Positions 37,657 through 53,119 of a DNA stretch of 64,000 nt are shown here, piece by piece; the stretch's first letter is position 1; the number at the start of each line of letters is the position of its first letter. The stretch comes from Parasitella parasitica NRRL 2501. Lineage: Eukaryota; Fungi; Mucoromycota. The notes under the pieces are model-generated. The model was given only the letters and a program-made list of their open reading frames with translations, made no database searches and was not told the DNA's origin. Location: NCBI GenBank assembly GCA_025201805.1, contig MU619331.1, forward strand, positions 1-64,000, in the 5' to 3' direction. Made by a program: the position numbers and the translations under genes.

Positions 37657-38813
37657 ACTTATCCGCCTCGCCAAGTTCTTTTCATCTTGGAGCAAAAATG
37701 ATCTATTGCTATATATTACTACTACGCCTTTAATTATTTATTTATTTTTGTATTGTACTTGTGCTAATGTAAAAGTATACCTAATAAAACTTGTTCAATG
37801 TATTATAATTTAAAGCAATTAGTTTAGACATATTGCAGTGTCAGTTCAGAAAAAGCTGAAGCTCTTGTAAGGCAGTTCAGGTCGTTTTTGTTCAGAAATG
37901 ATAATTGGTTCGGGAGAAGGTCCATATCTAGCAATTGCTGTAGAATCTTGATCCTTATAAAAACTTGTAGCATGTGCTTACTTGCTCCTCATCTTTGGAA
38001 TATTTCTTCATAATGACTTTCATGCATCTATATGGTTTTGACTTGGAATCACTACAAAATGATAATATACGGATACAGTATAGCAAGCCATATTCCGAAA
38101 GATTCGTGTTGTAATCATTGTAATATTTCACGACCAAGATGTGCTTTTCACCACCCTTATTGGATATAATTTTGCTATATATTGGTCGGATTAAAATAAA
38201 GCTGATAATGGGCGATATATACCGCACTGTGGTATGTTGCCGACCACAGGATAATTACAAGATTGTTCGGCTAAATAGGATTAGTGTGACATAAAATGAT
38301 ATGAACACCTCCATTTGAAGTATACATCTATGAAGTAACATGGAAGACCAGAACTTGTTATCAGTTCATAATCACTAGTAATTTATGTATATATATCCAA
38401 GTATTTGCGCTGTTGTACATCCAAAATTTGCAAATCTATTTACATTGATCGGCTCAACAAGTAGACATCTATGATCGGTGCAGCACGAAACAAATAAACA
38501 CTGTTAAGCGTGTAACTCCTATAATAAAGATGCCAAAAATACCGTTATTGCTATTGCATTGCATCTCTGAAACTGTCGACCTGATTGAAAAATATAGGAA
38601 TCCGCATAATGTATATCAACACAAGGGAGCTTAAGCAATTCCTCGAACACCCCAGAGACAGCTGATGCTACAATTGGATAAATGTTTCGCAAGAGGAATT
38701 CAATATCCGTATTGCTTGGCATTGACGTTATGAATACGGTATATATTCTGCAACAATCCTTTCTCAACTATTTCCTTCCTCTTTCTTTTTTTTTCGTTTA
38801 TTTTTTTGTAAGA

Positions 38814-40617
38814 ATGGAGAAATTATCTAAAGCTGAATACGTTGCTGTGCCTACCAGCGACACTGAACGTGAAGTAGGATTGCCTCCTTATGAAGAGCAA
38901 GAAGCTATTACTGCCGACAAGTCAAAGAGTAATTCATATAAACGCATTTCTGTCATGCTGTCATGGCCCACTGACCACCTTGCAATTTCAATGTAGGCCG
39001 TAGACGTTTCAGATTCTTGTTGATCGGTGGTGCCGTTACTCTCTTGGGTTTGACCCATCTTTGCACTTCTGGAGCCCTTGGTGGGTCCAATGTAAGTATA
39101 TTGAAGATAAGATGATAAACCATTATGTTATTAATCACTCGGCAAACAATAGAGTATTAGTGATATTGTAAGCAAAGCTAAATACACAGCAATTATTATA
39201 GAATAGAGTTATTAATCTGTTAGTTAGGATCTTTTCCCTGAAAATGCTCCCGAGCCTTGTGCTGTAAGACATTTGGATCAATATAAAGAATTAAAACACC
39301 ATATGGATACCTTGGGATATTCTTTCGGTGGACCTCACCATGCCCTTTCGGGCGCCCAAGCTGCTGAAGAATACAGACCTCATTGTAAGCACCGCAAAGA
39401 TTTCAAGGAAAAGCACTACAAGAGTCATGATGAGTTAGTCTCTGGTCGAGATGAAGAGAAGCCTCATCATCATGCACAAAGTAGCGACCACCACGGCCAC
39501 CATAAAGATGAGCAAGTTCACTCTCATGGTGAAGGCCATCATTGCTCTCAACACCATCGAGAAGAAAGTGCTATTCAGAAGCATGATGGTGGCCATAAGA
39601 AACATGAGCCTTTCTGTAAGGCTGAAGACCTTATCTCTAAATTTTCCGTCTTTGAATTCTCTCCCGAGCAATTCAAGCGTGCTGCTATCTTCTCTGACGG
39701 CTTCTTTGACAGAGGCAGCCATATTGTTCTATCCAAGTCTACCGACGACTCTCTCAAGAACGTCAGAGTAAATGTCACTGTATCTGCTGGTCGTGACGAT
39801 CTTGCTCAAGAGGTCAAGGTATCTGCTTTTGATCATGATGGCGAATACTCTGTTCAAGTTGAACATGGTCATTTCCATCGACCTCATCGCTATGCTCTTC
39901 AGAATATCAAAAAAGGCAAAAAAGAAAAGGGTCACAAGAAGAAAAACTGCCTCATCTATAATGTTGCCGTCGAATTTCCTTCCAACCTTGATTACTTTGA
40001 CCAACTTAATGTCAAGGCCAAGGATGGTTTCTTCAAGGGTGATAAAGACATTGAAGGCGTCGAATTTGGCTCTATCAAAGCTGGCATTGGCCGCGGAGCC
40101 ATTATATTTGATGTAAATGCAAAATTTGCACATAACTTCATATTCCTTTTTACTAACATCGATGTCACAGGGCTTGAAAGCAAAGAACTTGTTGCTCGGT
40201 GTCTTCAGAGGTGTTGTCATGGGCACTTATCAACCTAGTGAGACCTTCTCTGCTGGCACAGTTCACGGTGCTTCCAAGGTCAAGATTGAACCTACCGGCG
40301 AAAATATTAACATTACGGCTTCTTCCATTTTTGGTCCTGTCTCTGTAGATATTGTAAGCGCTTTATAGCATTTTGTGCACTGTAATAGAAGACTGATTTA
40401 ATTTTTAATTCAGCCCGCTGATAGCTATAAGGGTAGATTCACACTTTTCAATCTTTTTGGTGAAGCTTCTACTATCGAAGCACCCAATCCAGAAGACATC
40501 CATGTCCAAAAGTTCGAGCCTACTTTAAAATCTGGCTATTTCAAGGAAGATAACAAGCAATCCCACATTGTTGTCGCTGCCAAGCTTAAGGGTGGTGAGA
40601 GACTCACCTTTTACTAG
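38814..40617 (+). CDS. Hypothetical single-pass membrane protein with His-rich segment and beta-rich C-terminal region; multi-exon
   Basis: N-terminal LPPYEE, RRRFRF followed by a hydrophobic helix, HHHAQSSDHHGHH...HSHGEGHH; consistent GT-AG exon chain to the stop at 40617. Confidence 0.72.
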
Positions 40618-43600
40618 GTTCATAAACATTAAAATAGATAAAATGATAAATTTTATCATCCATTCTCTATCAAACCTTTTGTACATTTTTTTCTTTTCCA
40701 CTAAATCATAGTACAGTACAGTGCCTGGAACCTGGAATCTACCAGAAGCTGATTATGAAGCTTAACTTTTTTAGTAACATTACCCTCTATTTTTCGTTCT
40801 ATTTTACATGTCAAGTATTAAAATTACAAAAAAATAAGAACTTTCGAACTGGCATTGAGCATAATTATAAGCAATAATGGTAAAAGGGCTTCTCTGTCAC
40901 TAGCAATTAGCAACTTATGAATTATTAACAAATAACAAGGGGTTGTTGCAGCAAAACATTGTATTTATTAATAATCCTCTTCTACTTCCATCTCGATGGG
41001 CCACACCTTTTTGATCTTATTACTATTAAGAAAGCTATACCTGTGGCATCAAAATAGTTGCTTATAGAGCTGTGTCAAGTACTAGAATTGATATTGACGT
41101 GATACCATCTCCAGATAGACGTTTTTTACAGCTTAAAAGCAAGAATTTTAGCTTCGTGTGCCATTTTTGATTGATTTTCATAATCTAAAGTGCCCTGAAA
41201 ACACCAGAAATAGTATCCATTGGGAAAAAACTATATTATATATGATTTTGGTACAATTTGAGCATGATTTTTTTTTCGATGCAAAATGACGGATTTTTTC
41301 GATTTTTTCCTTGTATCCACACATCCAAAATCATCGATTACGCATTATCCTCAATTTTGACCCTAAAAATGCAACTTTTTACTATGGCATATATTGGAGG
41401 AAAATGATCGTAAAAGACCAACCCTTGATCTCAAAGACTAAAAATGCCCACTGATTAAGCAAAATATCGACTTTTCCCTCTTTATCTGTTTTTGAGATTT
41501 TTCGGCAGAATTCCTTCCATAGGCATACGGGGATTATGAAAATAACACCATCGTGTAGCGTGCCCAAATGTACCGCTATTATCATAGACTGACAGCCGTG
41601 GTATGCATAGTATCGGAGGATGATATCTTGCCTCAAATGAGTAATTTTGATTTTGTTTTGTCCAAATGGAGATTCTGAAAGAATTTTCTCTTCCTAATTT
41701 TGGACGCGTTTAATCTCCGCTATTAAAGAAAAATAGTGCTTTTTTGAAGAAAGCATTAGCTTTGAGAAGCCATAGCTTGCCCAGTTTAGAAGAAAAACAA
41801 CCACGACTTGGTTTATTTAAATGATGTGCTTCTTTGCTTTCTAATGGTAGCACTTTTATATCTTTACCTAGCTTGAGATTCTTACGCTCCGATTTTGAAA
41901 GATACTTTTCCGAAAAAAGCCAGAAAAGTCGCTAAATTCATCTGATGTCAACTTAAAAAGTACAAAAACTTGCTCTAAGCTATGCAAATATATAATAAAA
42001 AGGTATCTTATGGTCTTATGCATTACTTTGAATTATTTTTTGTGTTTGAGATCGCTAAACATTGTTTTTTTTTTACAGTTTTCGTCTTTTTTCTGACAAT
42101 AACACACTGAAGTTCGCTTGACCAAAAAAAAAAAAAAAATCAGGAGCCTAAGATCTACGATGGCTTTACAAAGACGCACACTTTTGAACCATTCCAATAT
42201 TATGGAAAATATGGCATAGTTTTGACTAGCTGTTCTACTGTGCAACTGAATATAGAAAACCCTGCTTGGTACTTGCCTGATAAGAGACCCTCTACACTAG
42301 AAGATGCCAGATCACCTGAAGATATAAAAAAGTCCCAGAGAAACGGAAACAATCTGCCACCAGGATAACACACTCACTTAAAAAGAATTATCTTTATAGA
42401 AATGTTATGAAATCTCAAGGACATAAATGTGTTTATCTTTAAACTTGCTCTCCGTTCCTGAATCTAATTGGAGGCTTTTGATCCAAAGTCAACAGATACA
42501 CTTGCAACTAAAATCACAGATGTTTGTCAATAGAAAACCATGACTTCTTTTAAAAGACTACCTTAAACTTAAAGATAAGATGTAGATAGCTTATTTTACT
42601 ACACATTCTCTTTGTATTTTCACTATGAATGAAATAAACCGATTACTCTTTCTCTCTAAACATGGAACGAAATCTTTTTAGGCAGACATTTCTCTCCTCT
42701 CAAAAACTTCTTAGCTTTTATCAGAGATAAAAGGTTTGTTACCAGAAACCTTAATATATATTATCACAATCACAATAACAGTACACTGCCATCGTTTCCT
42801 ACTTTTTGGGCGGTCTCATTTTTTTTTGACTATTATAACGATGCTTCATTAACTGTTACAGGTGCTGTACAGAGAATTGAATGATTAGTTAATGCCTCAA
42901 CCATCTTTTGTTTGTTTCTAGTGTATATAAGAGAGAAACTGCATTATTAATCAATCAAAATTTTTTATCTTTATATCTCGGAGAAGTCTCTGCTATCTCA
43001 GCGAATTCAAAAATGCAAAACATATGAGCCATTGATTTAAAGCTTTGTAGCTGTATACTCCCACAGTATCGTGCCTCGTATCTTTCATCGCACCAAGTTT
43101 TAATAGATTTGTTTATTTATCAAGTCCTATATTGTGAGACCATTGATTAGAGGTACTAGATGCATTTTTTCGAAAAAAAAAAAAAGGTTATGCAATACCT
43201 AATGCTCACAAAAATGCAATGGATATTATATAATCCCAGTGCCTTTATCAGGAACTTCCAATGCCTTTTATATAATGTCTTCGGACGCCAATTACGTCAA
43301 CGATGTTAACATGTACGTCGACTGCATAATGATTTTTTACGCTAATGATTCACTATTATTTTAGACCCGCCATATGTCAAATACATGCCCGTTGCCCATT
43401 CTATATTACTGTCCGTTATTATCATGTTCGTTCTATATACTTTGGTCCAATAAACTAGTATTTTCTTTTCATATAAGCGCTTCAAATGTTACAAAAAAAA
43501 AAAAAAAACTCTTAATTTTATGTTTGTGTCTTCGGACTTATTTAGTTTTAGAGCTAACGATAACAGGAATATTAACTTTTAATTTTCGAAAAGAATGAGG

Positions 43601-43876
43601 ATATTGGCTTGAAATATAAGATAGAATTTGGTACAGCAAAATAATTGATATCTTCATTTGATTTTTAATCGTCTAGATTATTAATTAAATTCTTCATCTC
43701 AGTTGAGTGAAACAATCCCCTAGAGCGTTTAGCGAATAGGGTGCTATGGAAGCAATACTGGCAGAAAATATTATTGGGCAATCAGAAACCATGGCAGCAA
43801 CCATAAGGTATATAAGCTTCCACGTTGAGATCTACAAAGCACTAAAATTATAAAAAAATACAATTCATTTTTTAAA

Positions 43877-44437
43877 ATGCAAGAAGCTCTTATTATCGTT
43901 GACGTTCAAAATGACTATTTCCCCGGTGGAAAATTGCCTACTTGGAGGCCTGAAGAAACTGCTAATGAGATAAAGAAGATTTTGGACAAATTTAGACAAG
44001 ATGGCAAAGAAGTCATCCACGTTGCTCATCACGTAACACCTGAAGTGGAAAAAGTTTTGCCTATCTTGAAAAAGGGTACTCGAGGTGCAGAGTTTCACGA
44101 AATAGTCAAGCCATTAGCTTCTGAAAAGGTTATCTACAAGAATTATTCTGACAGCTTCGTTGCTACCGATCTTAAGGAGTATCTTTTGAGCAAACAAATT
44201 GATACAGTCATTGTCGTGGGCATGATGATGCACAACTGTGTAAATGCTACAGCTTATTCTGCGACTGATGAGGGTTTCAAGACGATTGTTGTGGCTGAGG
44301 CTGTCAATACTATGGATCAGGAAATCTTTGGTGAAGTTATCCCGGCTGAGACTATTTGGAAGAGCTTTTTAGCAGGTATTAAATTTGCTTATGCTCAGGT
44401 CAAGAGAGTAGATGATATTTTGAATGGAAATTACTAG
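43877..44437 (+). CDS. Isochorismatase-family cysteine hydrolase, intronless
   Basis: ALIIVDVQNDYFPGG, K..SDSF..TDLKEYL, VVGMMMHNCVNATA (Asp/Lys/Cys triad pattern). Confidence 0.9.
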   Translation: MQEALIIVDVQNDYFPGGKLPTWRPEETANEIKKILDKFRQDGKEVIHVAHHVTPEVEKVLPILKKGTRGAEFHEIVKPLASEKVIYKNYSDSFVATDLKEYLLSKQIDTVIVVGMMMHNCVNATAYSATDEGFKTIVVAEAVNTMDQEIFGEVIPAETIWKSFLAGIKFAYAQVKRVDDILNGNY

Positions 44438-44559
44438 TCTGATTCAACATTTAGCGTATAATCGAAATGTATAAAAATAAATCCTACTGGATGCAGTTGT
44501 TTTAAACAGTACAAAAATATGCTTTGTTTATTTTTGCATAATATACATGTTATGTAATC

Positions 44560-45633
<1,074 letters not shown>

Positions 45634-46173
45634 TTTTTGATGGTTGTTTGATTTTCTGACATTTAGTCTTTCTATTTATTGCTCAATCACATTCTCCTGA
45701 ATGGATAAAATACGGATTGCTTATTTGCCGATGGCCGTATTAAGGCTTCCATTTAGATTCTCAAGGGTAAAATTGGCTGCTTCGAATTAATCATCAGATA
45801 CAAGATGTTTGCCACCTATTTTTGGTGAAAAATGCTTCAGATAGTTAGTACGAGCTCTGGGATACCATTTATCGTGGTTCTAAGTGTTTAGAAAGGTCAG
45901 AGAGGATGTAATTTCTAACAAAATTGCGTTAAAAAATTAATTTGTGATTATAAAGTGTGATATTTACAGAAAATGAGATTATCAATGAAATGCCATAGAT
46001 GTAATGCCATTTATTTCACTAATGTGGCCATGCAACAGATTCTTTATTATTGCCAATTATAGCAGAATTGAGTCCGGTTCGGAGTAGCTTGATCATTGTC
46101 AATGAAGGGCAACAAAGACATCCAGAGCAATTGTGTGGCAAACCTAATTCTTCCTCTTTAAAATTAACACATC

Positions 46174-46920
46174 ATGGGTGCGTACCATCAATATAAAGTA
46201 ATGGATGGTTGAATTTAATAGCAATAGAGATGGATATGCACAATTAGATAGTAGATGGATGACTCGATTTTCTTTTATTTCTGATCGACAATAAATGACA
46301 TTTGATGGATACGCGCAATCAGTTTGAGCGACCAAGATATTTCAACAATGTATACACACGTACACATATACACGTATACGCCCTCTCTCTCTCTTTCTCT
46401 CGCTCGCTTTACATGGTTTATTGCTATTGAATTCAGCCAGCATTTGTCTGTTGTGAAAACCATTGACTTATCGTAATAATATTTAGGTAAGGGACAACCT
46501 AGAGGTTTGAATGCTGCTCGTAAGCTTCGTATTCACCGTCGTGACCAACGCTGGGCCGATAAGGCCTACAAAAAGAGAGCTCTTGGTACCGCTTTCCGCT
46601 CTTCTCCCTTTGGCGGTTCTTCTCACGCCAAGGGTATTGTCCTTGAAAAGATTGGTGTTGAAGCCAAGCAGCCTAACTCTGCTATTCGTAAGTGTGTCCG
46701 TGTCCAACTCATTAAGAACGGTAAGAGGGTCACTGCTTTCGTCCCCAATGATGGTTGTTTGAATTATGTTGATGAAAATGACGAAGTTTTGATTGCTGGT
46801 TTCGGTCGCAAGGGCCGTGCTATTGGTGATATTCCTGGTGTCCGCTTTAAGGTCGTCAAGGTCGCTGGCGTTGCCCTCATTGCTTTGTACAAGGAAAAGA
46901 AGGAGAAGCCCAGATCTTGA
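46174..46920 (+). CDS. RPS23: 40S ribosomal protein S23 (uS12); 4-nt first exon and 309-nt intron
   Basis: ATGG|GTGCGT...TTTAG|GTAAGGGACAACCTAGA gives [15 protein letters not shown]; also [20 protein letters not shown]. Confidence 0.96.
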
Positions 46921-47535
46921 ATTATTCTTTTGTTTCATCTTTATTTCATTTGCTTTTTATATAACTATTAAAAATTAAACATCTCTATGTAAATCAGATT
47001 TATGCAAATTTAATTTCTCGAACTTGACGATTTTCACTGACTTGTGAAGATATTTTGTCGTTTATTTTGTTCAAAGGTGTATGAGAAATAACACAGTACC
47101 CAAAAAACTCAAACAGTATTGTCTGCGATATACAGAGCTGCTATTGTATACAATTAAATGCTGGAACTAGATTGACAAATGCTGATCAACACTGTACGTT
47201 CATTGCCTTCTATTTATGATGCTGGCTCCCAACAAAAAATTTGAATTTGGCTACTTGACAATTTCAGCTAAGCATACCGCACAATACATTTTTCAAGCGC
47301 AATTACTACTTTTCAGTGCATAACATTAGAAATAATACACTACCTCAGATGCCTTTGTTCTTTTAGCAAGCATATATGTAGACAAATATTTAAAAACATT
47401 TTAAGGAAGCATGCTGCGTGTTACAACGATGATACCATCTCGTGTTTCACATGTCAAAATCTACATTTCTACAATCTCCGAGAACGACGTATTTTATTTT
47501 TATCATACCGGTACAGATGAAATCCGTATTATGAT

Positions 47536-48265
<730 letters not shown>

Positions 48266-48424
48266 GCTTTTATTATGATTTCGCAAAAACAAAGAAAGCA
48301 AAGAAAGTAAAGAAAGAAGAAAAGAAGAAAAGAAGGCAGAAAGTATGCTGAAATATATATGAACATTTGTTGGAGTGACATGATGGTGCTCGTCATTTGA
48401 AAAGCCGAATTTTAGGTGTGTTAT

Positions 48425-50277
48425 TCAAATTACACTTGCTTCTGACATTGACAGGTTATGATTTAATCGACTGGATAGTGTTTGTGATTCGACATTAGCA
48501 TGCTCCAGTGTATAACGTAAGAATGGGCTTGTTTCCAGACCTTGCTGTTTTGATTGCACATGCGTAAATGATGGATGGCTCATGATGTCTTTTACTGTCG
48601 GTCTCTCCTTTGCCTCTGTTGTCAATAACCACTCAATCATCTCGCTCATTTCCAGTGATAATTTTGACAATGCAGACTTCTGCTGGGAGAAATCGCCCAG
48701 TCTAAGCATCTCCCACGATTCCCCGGTTCCTGGTAACACAACGCCTGTTGCTAGTTCTAAAAGAATCAATCCCAAACTATAACAGAGATATGGTCAATTT
48801 GTGCTAGTAATTTGTGGCGTAAAGAAAAATAGGCGTACCTGAATATATCTGCTGGTTTATCAAAGTTTTCTCGCAGTAAATCAGGAGCCATGTATCGCCT
48901 ATCTCCCTCTCCTTTTACCCATCGCATATCCACAGGTGTTTGGACTGATATGCCGAAGTCGCCAATCTTCAAGTTGCCTTTGTCATCAATCAAGATGTTG
49001 GATGGCTTTAAATCTAAATGTGCAATGTTTGCTGCGTGTATATCTTGTATTCCAAGCACGACTAGATAGAATATTTGCCAGACTACGCCTTCGATTATTT
49101 TTCTGTTTTTAAATTGGATATATTTGTCGAGACTATATGTTGATGTATATCAAAAAGCTGCTAAATTAATTCCATGCTCAAGTCAAATTTACCTTCCACT
49201 GGGACACAGTTCCAGTTGTATATATAAGTAGCCTCTTTCTTCCCATGAGTTGATCATATTTACACAATATTTACTATCCTTTACTTTTCTCAAATGGTCT
49301 ACTTCGATCAATTGCTGCCATCGATCATCCCATCCAGTAAAGCTGTTTTTGGATTTTTTGACAGCATACAGTTGGTTGGTTGCCAAGCAACGAACTTTCC
49401 AGACTTGAGCAAACTCGCCCGAGCCCATACTACCCAATTTTTCAAATTTAGAGTCAAAGTACGATGTAAATGGCACTGCTGAGGTGTTTTCTGATGCTGG
49501 CAATGATCTGTCTTGTGGGCCATGGTGTTGGAAATAACTGTCTGTCAGAAAATGAGGTTTATCTGTCTGCCACAATGGTCCGTGTTGATGTTGTCGCTGC
49601 AGAATACTCATTTTCACAGCTGAGGACAATACAAATTCTGGTTCGTCTGCAGGATTATGACTTGAGAAGAGCCGATCCACTTCATCGTCAAAACTCGTCG
49701 GCTGTGCACGCTGAAAATACGGTCTGCTGAGCGGTAGGGTTGTTTTATCTTCGGAATCTATTGCTCCTTCTTCATCTTCTTCTTCCTGGTTAAATAAAGA
49801 TGAGGGTATCAAGTTGCATTTTCGTCGATCTTCCTCGTCCGGTAGGTTGCTACTAGATACCAGCTCGCTGTAGAGAGACCTTCGGTAAAATTTCTGGTCA
49901 ATGTCAATAGTATCATTAAAGTAATCGTCCTCGTCGTCTTCCTCGTCGTCTTCATCGATGTCCTCATCAATGCCAAGCAAATCATGGGCCATGCTTGACC
50001 CATGGTTGGTAGAATCTCTAGTTGGTGAGCGGTCGTATCCACTGCCCGGCTCCAATAATGATCCTATCCGATTTTCAAAAGTGGGAGTTTGTGCACCTAT
50101 CGACGAGAGGTAATTATCGCCAACGGCCAAGTCAGACACTTGATCTTCTTGTGTCGAATTGTCAAATAGGGTATCCAGGCGACTTTTTTTTGCTGCTGCA
50201 GTTATAGAAGAGCTTGAGGGCGATAGTTCCCTTTTACTGTTCTGGGTATTTTTAAAATTTGACGTGGACGAGGCCAT
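48425..50277 (-). CDS. SWE1: Wee1/Myt1-family protein kinase; multi-exon
   Basis: MGSGEFAQV, YAVKK, WEERGYLYIQLELC, HLDLKPSNI, KIGDFG, EGDRRYMAP, LP..GESW..LR.GD. Confidence 0.88.
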
Positions 50278-50523
50278 GTTTATCTTTTTAGATAGGAAAA
50301 GGAAACGGGAAAAAGAAAAAAGGAACATCAAAAAATTTTCCTGCCAATGTGTGAAATATAAAAGCATGGAAGGCCTTTCAATATTGTAATTTTGATTGGT
50401 GATGCAGATAGACCTTAACACAAGAGACGTTCGGTTGACAGCATTCAAACTTAACATTATGGTTGCAATAACGCTACATTTTACTCATGAATACACAATA
50501 AAGGGGGAGGGGATCTAAATTAT

Positions 50524-52364
50524 TTAATGCTTTGATTTCTTGTGCTTTTTAGTAGACTTTTTGCCTTCGTTTTTTGATGATTTATGCTTTTTGCTTGCTT
50601 TAACTTCTGCTTTAGCCAATTTACGTTGTTCTTTTTCAAGCTCCTTAGAAACGGATTTCACATGTTTGGTCAACATCTTTTTCTTCTTCTTTTGGTTTTT
50701 TTCGAATACATTGTCGTCTCTCTCCTTCTTCTTCTGAGGACGGTAGGGTGCCAATGATTTCATACCAACGTATTTGTTTAATTCTGCATCTTCTGCCAAT
50801 AAGATTTCTTCTGCCGTTAAACCATAGTCCTCAGGCTCGGTTCTAGCATATTTGAATCGAGTATATAAATCACCACCAATAACATCTTCATAATTAAGTG
50901 CATAGTACTCGTCCATAAGATCATTGAATTTTCTCTTTTTCGATTCTACTTCAGTGGCGGCTGATTTCTTGGTAGTGCCTTGCCCTTCATACTTGTCTCC
51001 ACCTGGGAGGTAATCAGCATCCATTATATCCTCATCAGGTAGACCAGTTTCAATGTCATCGTCCCAAACAGGCTTCTCGTTGAGACCGCCTTCTTGATCG
51101 TTATAGTAATCATCGTCAAACACATTGTCCATTTGAGCATCAAAGATAGAGGGGTCAAAATCGCCATCCAAATCGATATTTTCTAATCCAACAGCCTTGT
51201 TACCAGTAATAAGACGAATATCTTTGAGTTTATCATGGATCTCCTTCATCTTTTGGTTCTTTTTTTGCTTCAGCTCTTCCATCTTTTGTTGCTTGAGTGC
51301 TTCCTTGCGCGCCCTCTCATTAGCCCTTCTCTTTGCTCTTTTGCTTTCTTTTCTACGGACACTGCCTTCAACCTCACGGGAGTAAGTTTTAATAGTGGAT
51401 GCACCCTCTTCTTCGAAACGGAAATTGTATTTACTCTCAAATCGATCAACATCATCAAGATATTCCTCCTCTTTCTCTTTGTCGATTTCATCTAAAGTTT
51501 GTACTTTATCTCCCTTTTTATCGACCCAACCGCGATTTAGTACATAATCCATCAAAAAAGCCTCTTCGCGATCGACATTGGGGTTTTGCTTAAAGTTGCT
51601 CCACTCTTCAAATGCCTTTGCAGAAGGTGCGTCGTCTTTCATATTTTCCAGCAAAAACTTGCGGTAAGCGTTCTCTTCCGCCTCGTTCTCTTCGCTTGAT
51701 TTATTTTTCTTGGTCAAAAACCCATCATCATCCTCATCTGCGTCGTCAGAATCAGCAGCATTTTTGAAGGCGTTGCGCAAATCCTCTTGTTCTTGTTGAT
51801 GGGTTTTAGTTTTCACAGATTCATCCTGTTCATTGACAAAGCCACCATGCTTTAACAAGATATCACGCTCGTAATCTTTGAGCTTAATAACAGGTTCCTT
51901 AGTCTTGCTGCTTTTCTTTTCGGGTTTGTTGGTATCTATATGCTTGAAGAAATTGGTTGAACTTTCGTATACACGAGGATCTTTGGCTTGGATAGCGGCA
52001 ATTGTCTTGAAGATTTGTGAATCAACAGCAGGTGTCAACAAGTTGGCATCATCGTCTTCTTCTTCATCAGAATCATAAGACGAACTTTCATCCTCTGTAT
52101 CACTTCCAGCTGCAAGCCTTTCAGCAGCTACTTCAGCTTCAATTTCTGCGAAAACATACATTTATTAAAACCAAATTTTGACAAATAGTGTTCTGATTCG
52201 CATTTACCTGCAATTGCCTGATTTACTGTTTCATTAGAAATTTATAGCGTTAGTCCCCTCAAGACGATCAACATTAATACAAACTTACATAGTTCAGGGC
52301 GCTTGTATTCTGAAGAAGGGCTGGTTCTTTCTCTGATTTGAACTTTGAATTCGTTGGTAGCCAT
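50524..52364 (-). CDS. KRI1: KRI1 40S biogenesis factor; 3 exons including an 18-nt exon
   Basis: KDPRVYE, FLMDYVLNRGW, FESKYNFRFEE, YSREVEGSVRR, LNYEDVIGG, YGLTAEEILLAEDAELN. Confidence 0.92.
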
Positions 52365-52619
52365 GTTGAGTTGAAGAGAAAAAATATTTTCTCTGGCAAT
52401 GTTAGGTTAACCAACTAACTGTTACCGGTTTTTGATGGGTGGGACCGTCCAATTCTTTTTGCTTCCAGCTACCATAACGATGTTTACCATGGTTGATCTG
52501 CCAACTTTTGGATTCGTCTCAATTCCTATATTTTAAAGCAAAATTTGTGGATTACTCTTTTGCTACATGGTTTTTTTTTAGAAAGATTTCGAATAGGATA
52601 CACATAATTTGTTGAAATT

Positions 52620-53119
52620 TCATTTATGACAATAACCGCCATTCTCCGGGCACATACCAGACTTGCAGCATTTGCCAGGTTTACAGCAGTTTTGACCTTC
52701 TTTGCAAACAGAATTATCTGTAAGACAACTTGTACCAGTCGATAGTGACCCGCAGGACCATCACATTGAGTACTATTTGTGAAATCTTCTCTTAATTTCT
52801 TGCATCTAGCTTTGCTGTAGATACCGCCATAGCAATATAATGGAAAGCAACTAACACTTATTCCATCTGACTCTGGACATGTAGAGACATTTTCAACAGC
52901 AGTACGTCTTTTATACTCAAAGCATCCTTGCGGATGACATGACCCTGGATGCTCCTTACAAACTCGTAAACTTGGGCAGTCTTTTTTTACTTCGCAGGAA
53001 ATACAATCAGTAGAACAAAACGTAGTGAATGTATTTAGATAAACAGAGAAAGCTAACATATAGGCTTTTGCAAGCATTTCAAGAAATAATAATAGAAGTT
53101 CTGAAGGACAGGAAATCAT
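52620..53119 (-). pseudogene. Cys-rich putative secreted protein, frameshifted near 52740
   Basis: The Cys-rich ORF continues in another frame as TSCLTDNSVCKEGQNCCKPGKCCKSGMCPENGGYCHK*; no intron is evident at the junction. Confidence 0.5.
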
